This document shows positions 26,665-39,456 of a stretch of DNA of 64,000 nucleotides, in pieces. This stretch comes from Octopus sinensis (lineage: Eukaryota), in assembly GCF_006345805.1 (NCBI RefSeq), contig NC_043005.1, positions 45,446,001 to 45,510,000 on the forward strand. The letters are read 5' to 3'. The translations under genes were made by a program, and so were the position numbers. The stretch's first letter is position 1. Each line of letters opens with the position of its first letter. Under the pieces are notes generated by a model that made no database searches, was not told where the DNA came from, and saw nothing but the letters and a program-made list of their open reading frames with translations.

Positions 26665-27629
26665 ATATATATACATATATATATATATCAACAATTGAGG
26701 GTAAAATTAATTAATCAATTTCACCAAGTGTTCAGTATGTAAAAAGACCATTTAAGGCGAATTCAAAATATTACATTATATAATTAGGGCTTAGTAAAAT
26801 AAATTACTTTGCCACATACTGAACTTATTAGAAATAGCAGCCAAAAAAAATTTTTTTAGCCATTTCTACTACTTAAAGAAAATTTCTTTCAGATAATGTT
26901 TACTCCAGACAGCTCACGAATATATATACAAGAGGAGACACTATCACAAGAAAGACACATTCAATGATGATGGATGTGTAAGCATAGAAAAAGCAACATA
27001 AAGATGCCATGTAGGGGGACTGAACTCAAAACCACATGGATGGGAAGCAAGCTTCTGAACTAACATGGCTATGCTTGCCCATGTGTATGTGTGTGTACAA
27101 GCTGCTTAGGCATTGTGATGCTAATAACCTACTGCAAAACCCATGAAGCTAATGAAGATCCTAAGATTATTGTTTATTCCTTTATCATCTCATTTTCTTA
27201 TATCTATATATTGTTGTATTTTGGTATGGTCGTTTTTTTGTTTTTTTTTTGCCTGATAAACACACGCACTATATATTTTTTCTTCACTTGTCCAGAAATC
27301 TTTTGTCACACATCTATGACCTGCTTAGCAACACTTTCTGTCTTTGTGAGTGCTCTTGATCTGCTTATTCCATCCACACTTTTGATCTTCATGTGTGCTC
27401 TTGCTAGGCTTATTCCATTCCAGAGAATGGAATAAGTAGAGCAAGAACACACACGAATATGACAAGTGCTACTCATAACTTGCCTGAAGACCTTATGTAT
27501 TGAACTCAGCATTATACTCCTCTGTATTGGATTACTACATGGTCTGTTAGCCGAGTCTGCTAGAGGAGCTTTCTGAGACACACGATTCTATGAATCCATA
27601 TATCACGCTACAAATTTATATATATATCA

Positions 27630-27840
27630 ACACTGGTCATCAAGTGGTGGTGGGGGACAAGTGCAGACACAAAGACAGATACCCACATAGGTTTCTTTTA
27701 GTTTCTGTCCACCAAATCATACGCAAGGCTTTGGCCAACCCAAGGCTACAGTAGAAAGACACTTACCTGAAGTGCCACACAGTGGAATTGAACCCAGAAA
27801 CATTTGGGTTGGAAGCAAGCTTCTTACCACACAGCCACGC

Positions 27841-27924
<84 letters not shown>

Positions 27925-28462
27925 AAGATAGAACAGTGGTGTAAGCGCTGGGCATTACTGCCTCAGTGAGAGTGACATCACAACATTCCTCCTGAATGGA
28001 CTAGAGCAGCATGAAATGAAAGTGTTTTGCTGAAGAATGCACAATGCACAACCAGTCTGGGAATGGAAACCACAATCTAGCATTTGTAAGTGCACCACTC
28101 TTACCACTAGACTATGTAGCTTCACCATAACATACATAGATATAATATATATATAATCTGTATAATCTTTATCTTTTATCTTTTACTTGTTTCAGACGTT
28201 GGACTGCAGGCATGCAGGGCACCAACTTGAAGGATTTTAGTTGAACGAATTGAAGCCTGGTACTTATTTTATCAGGCTCTTTTGCCAAACTGCTAAGTTA
28301 CAGAAATATAAACAAACACAGGTTGTCAAGTGTTGGCATAAGACAAGCACACACACACTCAACAGCCTACTTTCAATTTCCATTAACCAAATCCGCTCAT
28401 AAGGCTTTGGTCAGCCAGGGATTAGAGCAGAAGACACTCGCTCAAGGTGTCATGCAGTGGGA
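27630..28462 (-). mobile_element. Cluster: SINE-A 5' half (27630-27842), SINE-D head (27945-28125), SINE-A (28170-28462)
   Basis: Homology to the intact copies. Confidence 0.65.
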
Positions 28463-28598
28463 CGGAACCATTATATTATATATATATATATATATATTAT
28501 ATATACACACATATATGCACACACACACAAATATATAATATATATACATATATATGTACACATAATATATATAACAATATACATATGTATTAATATAC

Positions 28599-28647
<49 letters not shown>

Positions 28648-29842
28648 AAACAATTACACATACATCACATACATGCATATACACACATGCTTACACAAAC
28701 ACACGTGTAAGCACAAGCATGCATACACACATACCTGCAGACATACATACATACATACAAAACTTGAATCTTGTGACATGAATAGAAAAAAAAAAAATTA
28801 ACCTTTTCACTCACATATTGCACTTAGATGCTGGTGAAATACAATAGTCATAAAACTATGCCAGTATGATGTGAAAATAAGCCTCAACACCATGTGTCAC
28901 TATAAGCATTTTAAAACACATACACACACACACAAAAGAAAGAAAGAGAAATAAAAGAAAAAATCAAAATACGTAATCAAATGTGGAAGGGAAGGGGTGG
29001 TGTGTGTGGGGAGCGGTTATAAAGCCTATCCATTTATATTGATAATGGCATTTTTTTTTTCATTTATTTATTAAGCAAACAATGAAATATTCAATCAATA
29101 TACAACACTCTTTAAAACATACAGGAGACACTCAGTGAATAGCATCAAAGAGGGTCTAATTTATGTTTTGAAGCGCTCGGCATAAAACGATTATCTGCAT
29201 TTTTAATAATATAAATTCATAGTTTGAGTGGGTGGGGTGTGTGTGTGTGTGTAAAGGTGGAGTGGGGGTGTTAGCGGGGGGTTGAGAGAGAGAGAGAGAG
29301 ACGGAGAGAGAAATGTGTGATGTCATATTTATGGCAACTTTTTAAAAGGTTTTTCTGTATATAAATTAGGACACCAGACAGAGAAAAGCAGACAAACAGA
29401 CATGAGAGAAAGAGAGAGAGAGAGGAGACAGACAGCCTGACAGATAGACAGACAGACACACACACAGAGAAGTGGGGGGAGAGCAGAGCTGCCACCACTG
29501 GCACATATGCATACACATACCTTGCAACCAAATCTTGAACGATCGTGGGATAAAATAATGTTTCACCAGGTGAAAATGTATGAAAAAAAGATCTCACAGC
29601 AAGTGCAAAGAGGAATTAGAATCAAGCATAAAGCTAGTATACATATATATATATATATATATATATGTGTGGGAACAAGAGTTCTACATATGACATATTC
29701 ATATTTGTGCAACCAGTAGAGTAACTGGTAGCCATGAAGGCTTTTTGCTAATGAGAGGTATCCATATGGTTGCGAGACTGTCAGGAAAGTGCAACCAAAT
29801 CACTGTTAAATCACACTCTACTACCTTCAAATTAATATAGCA

Positions 29843-30252
29843 GCAGGCACAGTTGTGGATACATGGTAAGAATCTTTTTCCCCCAACTACATGGTTCCAG
29901 GTTCAGTCCCACTGCACAGCACCTTCAGCAGATATCTTCTACTATAGTTCCAGGTTGACCAAACTCTTGTGCATGGATTTGCAGGGAAACTGAAAGAAGC
30001 CTGTTAAATATATATATTATGTGTGTGTGTGCATGCATGCGTGTTTGCATCTAAGTTTGTCTCTCAGCATCGCTTGGCAACTAGTGCTGGTGCGTTTATG
30101 TCCTCATAACTTAGCAGTTCAGCAAATGAGACCAATAGAATAAGAATCAGGCTTACAAAAATATAAGTCATGGGGGTAAATTTGTTCAACTAAAACCCTT
30201 CGAGACAATGCCCCAGCATGGCCGCAGTCAAATGACTGAAACAAGTAAATGA
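29843..30252 (+). mobile_element. SINE-A
   Basis: Full-length homology. Confidence 0.75.
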
Positions 30253-30295
30253 TAAGATGTGTGTGTATGTGCATGCATGCCTCTGTGCGTGCGTC

Positions 30296-30530
30296 TTGGC
30301 TTGACATTATGATAGTTGTAAAGGAGTATCACTGTCATACAAGCAGTGTCATTCATTTCCAATATTCTCTAAGAACATGTTTGGCCATGGTAAAACATTA
30401 CCTTGCTTGGAAACAGGTGAAGTTTAGTAACAGGAGGGGCTTTTGACTGTAGAAAATCTATCTCAAATGAGCTCAGTCTGATCCATGCTAACGCAGAAAA
30501 GTTCGATATCAAATGAAGATGAGGATGATG
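30296..30530 (+). mobile_element. E-type (GAT)n-tailed repeat; other copies at 1320-1500(-), 13245-13470(-), 33970-34130(-)
   Basis: Distinct body (ccttgcttggaaacaggtga) joined to a terminus similar to the C module. Confidence 0.65.
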
Positions 30531-31378
30531 TGATAATGTGTTCCTATATATATATAGTGTGTGTGTGTGGGGGGGGGGGGACTGGCAGAGAATGAACCTT
30601 GCTAGAACATCTTTGATCCTAGATCTATTTGGTTAGGACTTGTCTGGAACTAAAGAACAAAAACATAAGCATTGTACAGAAGAGAAAAAAAATAATGAGA
30701 ATATGATGCTGTTTAGTTAGGATGTGTACAAGTGCACTAGAGAAATTTACCAGAAGCTAATCACAAGACAATGGAGCATCAGTATTGCAGAAGACAAAAA
30801 CATTGTTAGCAGGCTGTTTGTATAGCTGCAAGTTGCAAGTTTGACACTTCTGGTATAGAACAACAAACCGACAATATTCAAATAGCTTAAGTTGTATTTA
30901 AAAAAAGAAAGACAGCCTCAGAAGATTTCTTTGGCTTTTTTTTTTTGGTTTTTTTTTTGGCTTTTTTTTTTTTTATATTTTTCACTATATTTTATATTTT
31001 TATACTTTTCTCACAAGATTTCTGATGAAAATTATGAGGTGGAAAAAAAAAAAAAAAAAAAATAACAAGGTGAAAAATGGAAATAGATGATGCGTTAGAG
31101 AGGGAAAGTGTGTAAAGTTAGGAAGTGTATGGGAAAGAAAATGTAAAAGAGAGGTTCCGTTGTGGTTCAGAGGAAGAATAGCTAACAAGATGTGAAAGAC
31201 ACAAAAACTAGAAAACACAGATACATAGAAACATAGAACTCATCATAGAATATGCATAATTACCTAGATACATATATATACACACTTATATGCATACATA
31301 CATATATGTGTGTGTCTACACATGCACACATACATTCATTTATATATGGTGAATATATATATATATATATATATACTA

Positions 31379-31614
31379 CAGTATGGCCCAAAAGTAGGTT
31401 TACAGTTATTCAACTATCTCTTTTGCATTCATATATTAGCAGTTTAGATCTTAATTATTAAAAAAATATGAAACCATTATTCTAAGGTAATTTAGTTAAT
31501 TTTGTCAAGCTCCCTTTTCAGTTTGTAAGATAGAGATTTGAATGTAATAAAATGTTTTAAAAGAAATTTAAATTGCCTACGTGATAACTGTAAACCTACT
31601 TTTGGGCCACCCTA
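31379..31614. mobile_element. Tc1/mariner-type MITE, 236 bp
   Basis: ~31-bp TIRs ca(gt)atggcccaaaagtaggtttacagttat / ataactgtaaacctacttttgggccaccct; TA context on both sides. A related solo end lies at 33809-33838. Confidence 0.75.
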
Positions 31615-31677
31615 TATATATAAATACATACATGTGCACATATATAAATGTATATACATATACACACACATACACAA

Positions 31678-31716
<39 letters not shown>

Positions 31717-32325
31717 TATATATATGTACATAAACATACATATATACATACACATACATGCGTGCACGCACACACTCACACACATGTGGTGGTGCTGAGA
31801 AGTCTCTGGCTTTGGGTAAAAGAAAATACAGGAGGATCAGTTAATTATTATATTCAGCATATTCTCCTCTCTTTCGTACACTTATTGCAGTGGTCTTCCA
31901 GTTTTCCTAAGCCTTGTAAAAAAAACTTGGAAGGTCAGGCCTTAAACCAGGCCTTTCATGATATCCTTAAAGCAAGGAACTTTCCAGTACCGCCTTGCAT
32001 ATGTGTATGCATATATGTGTGTGTGTGAGGGTGCATGTCCTAATGGTTGCACTCAGGATTGTGAGATCGTGGCTTCAGTTCCTAGATTGGGTGATGCATT
32101 GTGTTCTTGATTACTTTGAAACCTGACACATGGTACACAATACACCTGTTTGGACAATGTCAATATGATGGACAGAGTGAACTAATGTGCGGCATGAACA
32201 TTTGATCACTATAAACAAATCATTTGTGAGGTTGTTCAACAACAACTGAATGCTTGTATATTATCTTCGACAGGTGTGTCCATCATATATATATAAATAT
32301 ATATATATATATAAATATATATATA

Positions 32326-32490
32326 TCTTCTTGGATCTTTCCTTTTTCAATGTTTCTGACAAAGAGCTCCGCTCGAAACATAAAACCCTCCTTCTTTCTT
32401 TCCTTTCCTGAGCGTCCAATAACACTATACTTGTTCCACATCCTCGCGTTTTTGTGTTTTCTCTTTGTGTTTTCATGTTTGGATTAACTG
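32326..32490 (+). mobile_element. Solo Penelope-type pseudo-LTR fragment (second family) with a degenerate hammerhead motif
   Basis: CTGAC-AAA-GAGC-tcc-GCTC-GAAAC-ATA at 32356-32382; flanked by (TA)n on both sides. Confidence 0.55.
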
Positions 32491-32727
32491 TATATATATA
32501 TATATATTATATATATATATACACACGTAGTACACACACACACACACACGCATGCACACACACACACATCTATAGAAAGAGATTAGTTAGTGGGTTCATT
32601 AGAATCTAGGCTCATCAACATGTATGCCACTAGGACTGGCTAGGTACCATAGCATTTGAGTTCACAGTGGGCTGAAAACAACCACGAGGTGTCACGTGGG
32701 TAGTGTACTGCAGGTTGTATGCAGATA

Positions 32728-32758
<31 letters not shown>

Positions 32759-33096
32759 AAAGATACCAAATCCAGTATAAACCATAGGTTCAACACAAAG
32801 TTGGTTCCAGGTCTGGTTATAGGTATAAAAAGAAGAAAATATATGTATATATATGTATATACAGCTGGCAAAAATGAGTTGTACCTGTATTTCAAAGGGC
32901 CAGCCTGTTACATCTTGTGTCATGCTGAATCACTCCAAGAACTATGTTAAGGGTGTGCATGTCAGTGGAGAGCTCAGCCACTTGCACATAAATTTCATGT
33001 GCAGGCTGTTCCGTTGGTTGGATGAACTGGAACACTCATCATCATAACCAACAGAATGCCTCCATATAATATATATATATATATATATGTGTATAT

Positions 33097-33128
<32 letters not shown>

Positions 33129-33603
33129 GATAGATAGATAGATATATATATATATATAGATAGATAGATATAGATATATATATACATATACACACACACA
33201 CACACACTTATAGGCATATATACATATATATAAATATATACTTATATACACACAACTATATATACTGTACTATTACTACTACGTAAGTAACCCAGAATTA
33301 AGGATGATTGAGTTGGTAAATCCATGCATGTGCTAATATTTTTAGGTGCCTATGTAGTTACAGGCCCTCATATCCTTCCCAATCTAGATCCAGGAAACAT
33401 CCAAAATGCATCAGCTGGAAGGAGAAAGAGCTAGACCACTATTCAATTGCTACTTATTTGAACTGAGTGTAATAAAGCAACATAAGATGAAGTGCTTTGC
33501 TCAAGGACACAATGCACAGGGTGTTTCAAGAACCAAACCCACAGTCTTATGATCATGTGTGCTATGCTCTTAAAACATGACATGCATTTTCACACATTAT
33601 GTA

Positions 33604-33797
33604 TCAGTTTCAAATTTCGGCCTAAGGCCAGCACTTTCAGGGAGGAGGTAAGTTGATTACATCAGCCCTAGCACTTGACTGGTACTTATTTTACTGACCC
33701 CAAAACGATGAAAGGCAAAGTCGATCTCCGCAGAATTTGAATTCAGAACGTAAAGATGGACAAAATGCCTCTAACGCTTCCACTAGCTCATTGCCTT
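33604..33797 (-). mobile_element. SINE-B; further solo copies at 35418-35630(-), 37499-37718(+), 39495-39703(-), 46310-46497(-), 50997-51225(+), 56463-56655(+), 63947-64000(-, cut by window edge)
   Basis: Shared gagttcaaattc..ctttcatcc..aagtaccag..ggggtcga core. Confidence 0.75.
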
Positions 33798-34380
33798 TTA
33801 CTCACATGCAGGGCTGGACAAAAGTAGGTATACACTTGCTTAATATGAGTGGAATGATCTTTTCATTTCTCTATTTCTTTTGGGGGAGAAGAACTAAAAG
33901 AACATTCCAGTCATATTAAGCAAATCTATACTTCCTTTCATCTATGCCTCTATATCACCATTTTTTAATACCCACTTTTCTGTGCTTGCATGGGTGGTGA
34001 GATTGAAGGTGAGTTTTCTATGACTGGATGTCCTTTCTGTTGCCAACCTTCACCTGTTTCAGGGTAAGGTAATATTTCCCATGACCAGACATGTTTTCAT
34101 GGAAGATTGGAAACAAAGGGCACTGGTTGCATCCTGTTGAGGCAACCACCAAAAGCACCAGTAGGTCTGTCTACCCTCTAGTTTCTTTAAGCAATACTAT
34201 GACATATTCTTCTATTTCCCAAGGAAATGAATAAATATCATGCGTGAATATCTCTGGCCCAGTTTGTAATCAAAGTTGATTAGAATCAAAACAGAATTAG
34301 CTCTGTAAAACTAATTACTTCCTGAACTAATGAGTACCTTGTTTTGTATCAGTAAGCTTTGTTCTCATGGACAAACACAT

Positions 34381-34593
34381 ATCTTTTATCTTTTACTTGC
34401 TTCAGTCATTAGAATTCAGCCATACTTGGACACACCACCTTGAAGGCTTTAGCTGAACAAATTTTCCACAGTACTTACATTTCTTTTTTAAAGTCTGGAA
34501 CTTATTCTATCAGTCTTCTTTGTCAGACTGTTAAGTTATGGGGATGTAAACAAATCAACACTGAATACCAAACAGTGATGGTGGTAGGACAAC

Positions 34594-34647
<54 letters not shown>

Positions 34648-34812
34648 CACACACATACACACACAACAAGGGCTTCCATAAAGTTTCCATCAATGAAATT
34701 CATTCACAAGGCATTGGTCAGCTTAGGGCTAAAGTAGAAGATACTTGACCAAGGTGTTGCACAGAGTGACTGAACCACATGGTTTAAAATTGAGCTTCTT
34801 AACCACACACAC
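34381..34812 (-). mobile_element. SINE-A, diverged
   Basis: Full-length homology. Confidence 0.7.
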
Positions 34813-35687
34813 ACACACACACATATCATTAAATCCAACCTGAAATGTCAGTTTAACTATCTTTTGATGATCAAATTCTCATGGCTGCACAAAATTCAAG
34901 AAGCATACAATGCAGACATGTCTAAATATGTATTACTCTAGATAAGATTCCTTGGAGTTTATTTCACTTCCAACCATGTCTGTCAAATTTTCAGCATCAT
35001 TCAGTATAGCTTCTTTGTCAGTATTTGCCAACTTACTCATCCATGATAGGAGATTCTTTTATTCTTCTAACACTAAAGACCTACCGGCCATGAAATTTTC
35101 ACTTTCAGCACCAAATCCTGATTCTTTTTTAGGTCACATAACAGGTATAATAAGTTTGTGACTTGTAATAAACTTTGGGAGTTATGCTGGTGCATAACCT
35201 GCAGTCATAAATTTAATAGCTTTTTTCCTTATTTTTTTTACTATGATGACTCTATTTCTAGTTAATTTTTGTGCTAACAGTACAAGCCTCAGACCATTTA
35301 TCCAGCTCCCCAAAACCTAGAATTACCACAAAATTGTTTATTTTAAAAGTGAATAATTTTCAGTCTTCTGGCCTTTAAATAATTCCCCCTCAGCTTTACT
35401 TTTTGTGTCACACATATTGGCTTCAAATTTTGGCACAAGGCCAGCAACTTCAGGGGAGGGGTAGGTCAATTAAATTGCTCCTAGTGCTCAACTGGTACTT
35501 ATTTTGACCCTGGAAGGATGAAAGGTAAAGTTGACCTTGGTAGAATTTGAACTCAGAACATAAAAACAGACAAAACGCCACTAATCATTTCACCTGGTAT
35601 GCTAATGATTCTGCCAGCTTGCTGCCTTATTTTGAGTCATACATATTGCATGTCAATTTCAGTATGACACCTACTATGTAGACTTAC

Positions 35688-35749
35688 CCTTCTCTACATT
35701 TCAGTAATTAGTTATCCCAATTTATGACAATTGTTCTTCAATACCGAGT
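35688..35749 (-). other. Candidate 62-nt non-coding exon
   Basis: Branch point cactaac about 27 nt upstream, pyrimidine tract cacctttctgctgtccttttAG and donor AGG|GTAAGT. Stops occur in all three frames. Confidence 0.45.
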
Positions 35750-35901
35750 CTAAAAGGACAGCAGAAAGGTGACTTGTTAGTGAAAAAAGGAAACACATAT
35801 AGTGCACAGAACAAAGTAGAATTACTTGAGAGAATTTTTAGTGGATTAATAAATATCAAACAGGCTCTGCTTTAGAATTAATTTATATCGGTTAAATATA
35901 A

Positions 35902-36320
35902 CTCTCTCTCTTTTACTCTTTTACTTGTTTCAGTCAGTTGACTGCGGCTATGCTGGAGCACCGCCTTTAGTTGAGCAACTCGACCCCAGGACTTATTTTT
36001 TTGTAAGCCCAATACTTATTCTATCGGTCTCTTTTGCCGAACCGCTAAGTGACGGGGACATAAACACACCAGCATCGGTTGTCAAGCAATGCTAGAGGGA
36101 CAAACACAGACACACAAACATATACACACACATACATATATATATATACATATATACGACAGGCTTCTTTCAGTCTCCGTCTACCAAATCCACTCACAAG
36201 GCTTTGGTCGGCCCGAGGCTATAGTAGAAGACACTTGCCCCAGATGCCACGCAGTGGGACTGAACCCGGAACCATGTGGTTGGTAAGCAAGCTACTTACC
36301 ACACAGCCACTCCTGTGCCT
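35902..36320 (-). mobile_element. SINE-A, young
   Basis: Near-identical to the copies at 39042 and 43040. Confidence 0.9.
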
Positions 36321-37767
36321 GTTCTTAACTTTCCATTGTTTATTTTTATATTTTGAGTATTGTCATATCTTAAAGTTGTTCTATCTCCAGGAGACAGACA
36401 CTAGACACATAAAAATTGTATTGTAGATGATGATCAGAAAGAAGTAGGACGATAAGTATCTTTATTAATCATTGTTTATATGCATTTAAAATGATAAAAG
36501 ATCATTTTAATACATAATTACTGTATCTAGTATGTATGAGGCCTTGGTCCAGAAAACCGGAATATCCAGAAATCCAGGTCGCTTCCAGTTCCAAGCTTGC
36601 CAAATAAATGGTCTTGAACTTGTAGCATGCATTGAATGCCTTTCTACCATATTGTTTACTGTCGTGCATTTACATAATCATTGTATAGTAGATGAATTTT
36701 TATTAAACAACATATGGTTTTTATATTCTTTTTCTCTCAAGTTTAGAACAAAAAGACTAAGTGAGGACCTACAGTACATATATGTGCACATATTCATAAT
36801 CCTCCTCCCTCTGCCACTCCTGCTTGCATGATAATTGTGTTTCCCCCACCTTACCTACTCACTAACACAGATATATGGCCGGTACTTGCTTTTATTTCCT
36901 ATACTGTTTACCTCTCTTTTCTTTGCCTCCTCTTTAAAGAGATTTCCTTTTCTTTCTCCCTCCTACCCACCATTTTCCTCTATTGTATAATTCAACCATA
37001 CTCCTCTATGCCGTAATTTTCAAACTCAATTCTCTTCAATTGATATTTACTGAGTTTTCTTTCTTGTAAGATTTACCACTTCTTTACCATCTTTGAATTC
37101 TCAAAACTTTCTACCAGCCGTGTAATTGTCAAAAAAAAAAAAAAAAGAAAGCTTTTTTCTTTTCCTTCCCTTCTATTATAAGTGCCTTAACTTCTTCCAC
37201 ACATCTATCACATTCCTCTTGACTCTCTATGCATCTCACTTTAATTTTCTTTCATCAGTTACTCTCCATATTATGGACATTCCTATCTTCCCAAGACTTT
37301 ACACCAGATGAGTAACCTCCTTGGACTTTTGTATCATGTGGTTCTTAAATATCTTTTTTTCTTGCACAGGACTCGCATTTTTTTTTATCAGTGTTGTATT
37401 TTAATTAATTATTCTCCAATTTTCCTTTTCTTATCTTTCTCTCTGATCTTGCACCTTTCCTCCCTTTTTAACTTCTCTTATTCATTATGCTTATACACTA
37501 AGACAGCGAGCTGGCAGAAATGTTAGCACGCGGGCCAAATGCTTAGCGGTATTTTGTCTGTCTTTATGCTCTGAGTTCCAATTCCGCAGAGCTTGACTTT
37601 ACTTTTCATCCTTTTGGGGTCAATAAATTAAGTACCAGTTGTATACTGGTGTCAATCTAATCAACTGGCCCCCCCTCCCCAATAATTTCAGGCCTTGTGC
37701 CTAGAGTAGAAAAGATTATGTTTATACACTTTACACATGCACACACCTTTATCATGTTCCTCTAAAG

Positions 37768-38001
37768 TAGGTGTTCTCAAGAGCTATCTTATCATGTAGA
37801 CCCCATATATGCACATGTAAATTTTGAAATAAAATATTTGCTTGTAGATTAGTAAAAAACTAACAATGAAACAATTTTGTTATATTCGTAAAATACAGGT
37901 ACCTCTCCTAGTAAACAAAATTTATATATGGACCCACAAATTACAATTTTTTACTCGTGGACCCCCTTAAAGCTTCTGTGGACCCCAGTTGGGAAACCCT
38001 G
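37768..38001. mobile_element. hAT (Charlie-like) MITE, related subfamily
   Basis: TIRs taggtgttctcaa / gttgggaaaccctg; 8-bp TSD ctctaaag/ctctaaac (fits NTCTARAN). Confidence 0.7.
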
Positions 38002-39041
38002 CTCTAAACCTTCCATGCAGCTCACTAATTTTCTCTCACAAAAAATCTTTTACTAGTGCTGTAATTTTTCTTTCTCCAACTTTACTTAATACAGAGCGTG
38101 GCAGGTCACGATCATGGCTGTCAGGCACAGGTCGACAGGCCATGATTATAGCCCAGATAGATGCATTTAATTTATGGGCGTTTGTTAGGGTTTAATGTCA
38201 CTCAAACACTCCGATACCCACCAGAATGCAAGAGGACTAATAATTCAACTAATGACTTTTCAGATGATGTAAAACTTTCCACTATTATATACTAAGATAT
38301 TTTAACTATTTGTTGCTTTTCTTATGTGTACATGGTAGTCTAATTTTCATAAAATGTGCTCAACAGTCCGTGCTATGTAAGTGCAAATCCCAATGCGTTG
38401 TGGGTCAATCATCTCTCAATTTTCTTCTCCCCCTAAACTCCCCCCCCTTCATTTCTCTTGTTCACACTTTCCTTTCATGTTACACAAGCATATACTTATA
38501 ACTTTTATCACACTCGCACATGCTTCCACCTCCCCATTTCCAGTTTCCTTACGCACGCACGCACACACACACACACACACATGTGATCACACACACACGT
38601 GATCACACACATGCACGTCACTACCTTACAGCTCTACTAAACCACACCTTACACACACCTCAAAACATAGCATACACATCACTTTCCTTTACGCCTATCT
38701 CAAAACATGGATATAATTCTACAGATGCACACACATACCCCCCCTCTACCCTTCTTAACTGCCCAATCTCACAGAACCACGTTCCCATCAGGCCCCTCAC
38801 CCTTCATCCATTTTTTCTGTTTTTTTTTAAATTTATTTTTTATCTTTTCTTCCCTACCACTTCTTACTCAATCCTCCAACATTTTTCTCCTGATAAAGGC
38901 TTAACATCTAAAGCATTAAGGTGCTTTCCCTTTTTTTTCTTTTAAGCATTACACTTAATACAATATTCATTAATACTTGTCCCGCCTGTATTGCCATTCC
39001 CTTTCTGTTCATTTCATTTACAATATACGTGTGCAGGTATA

Positions 39042-39456
39042 CTCTCTCTTTTACTCTTTTACTTGTTTCAGTCATTTGACTGCAGCCATGCTGGAGCACC
39101 GCCTTTAATCGAGCAACTCGACCCCAGGACTTATTCTTTTGTAAGCCCAGTACTTATTCTATCGGTCTCTTTTGCCGAACCGCTAAGTAACGGGGACATA
39201 AACACACAAGCATCGGTTGTCAAGCAATGCTAGGGGGACAAACACAGATACACAAACACACACACACACATATATATATATATACAAATATACGACGGGC
39301 TTCTTTCAGTTTCCGTCTACCAAATCCACTCACAAGGCTTTGGTCGGCCCGAGGCTATAGTAGAAGATACTTGCCCAAGGTGCCACGCAGTGGGACTGAA
39401 CCTGGAACCATGTGGTTGGTAAACAAGCTACTTACCACACAGCTACTCCTGCACCT
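39042..39456 (-). mobile_element. SINE-A, young
   Basis: Near-identical to the copies at 35902 and 43040. Confidence 0.9.
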
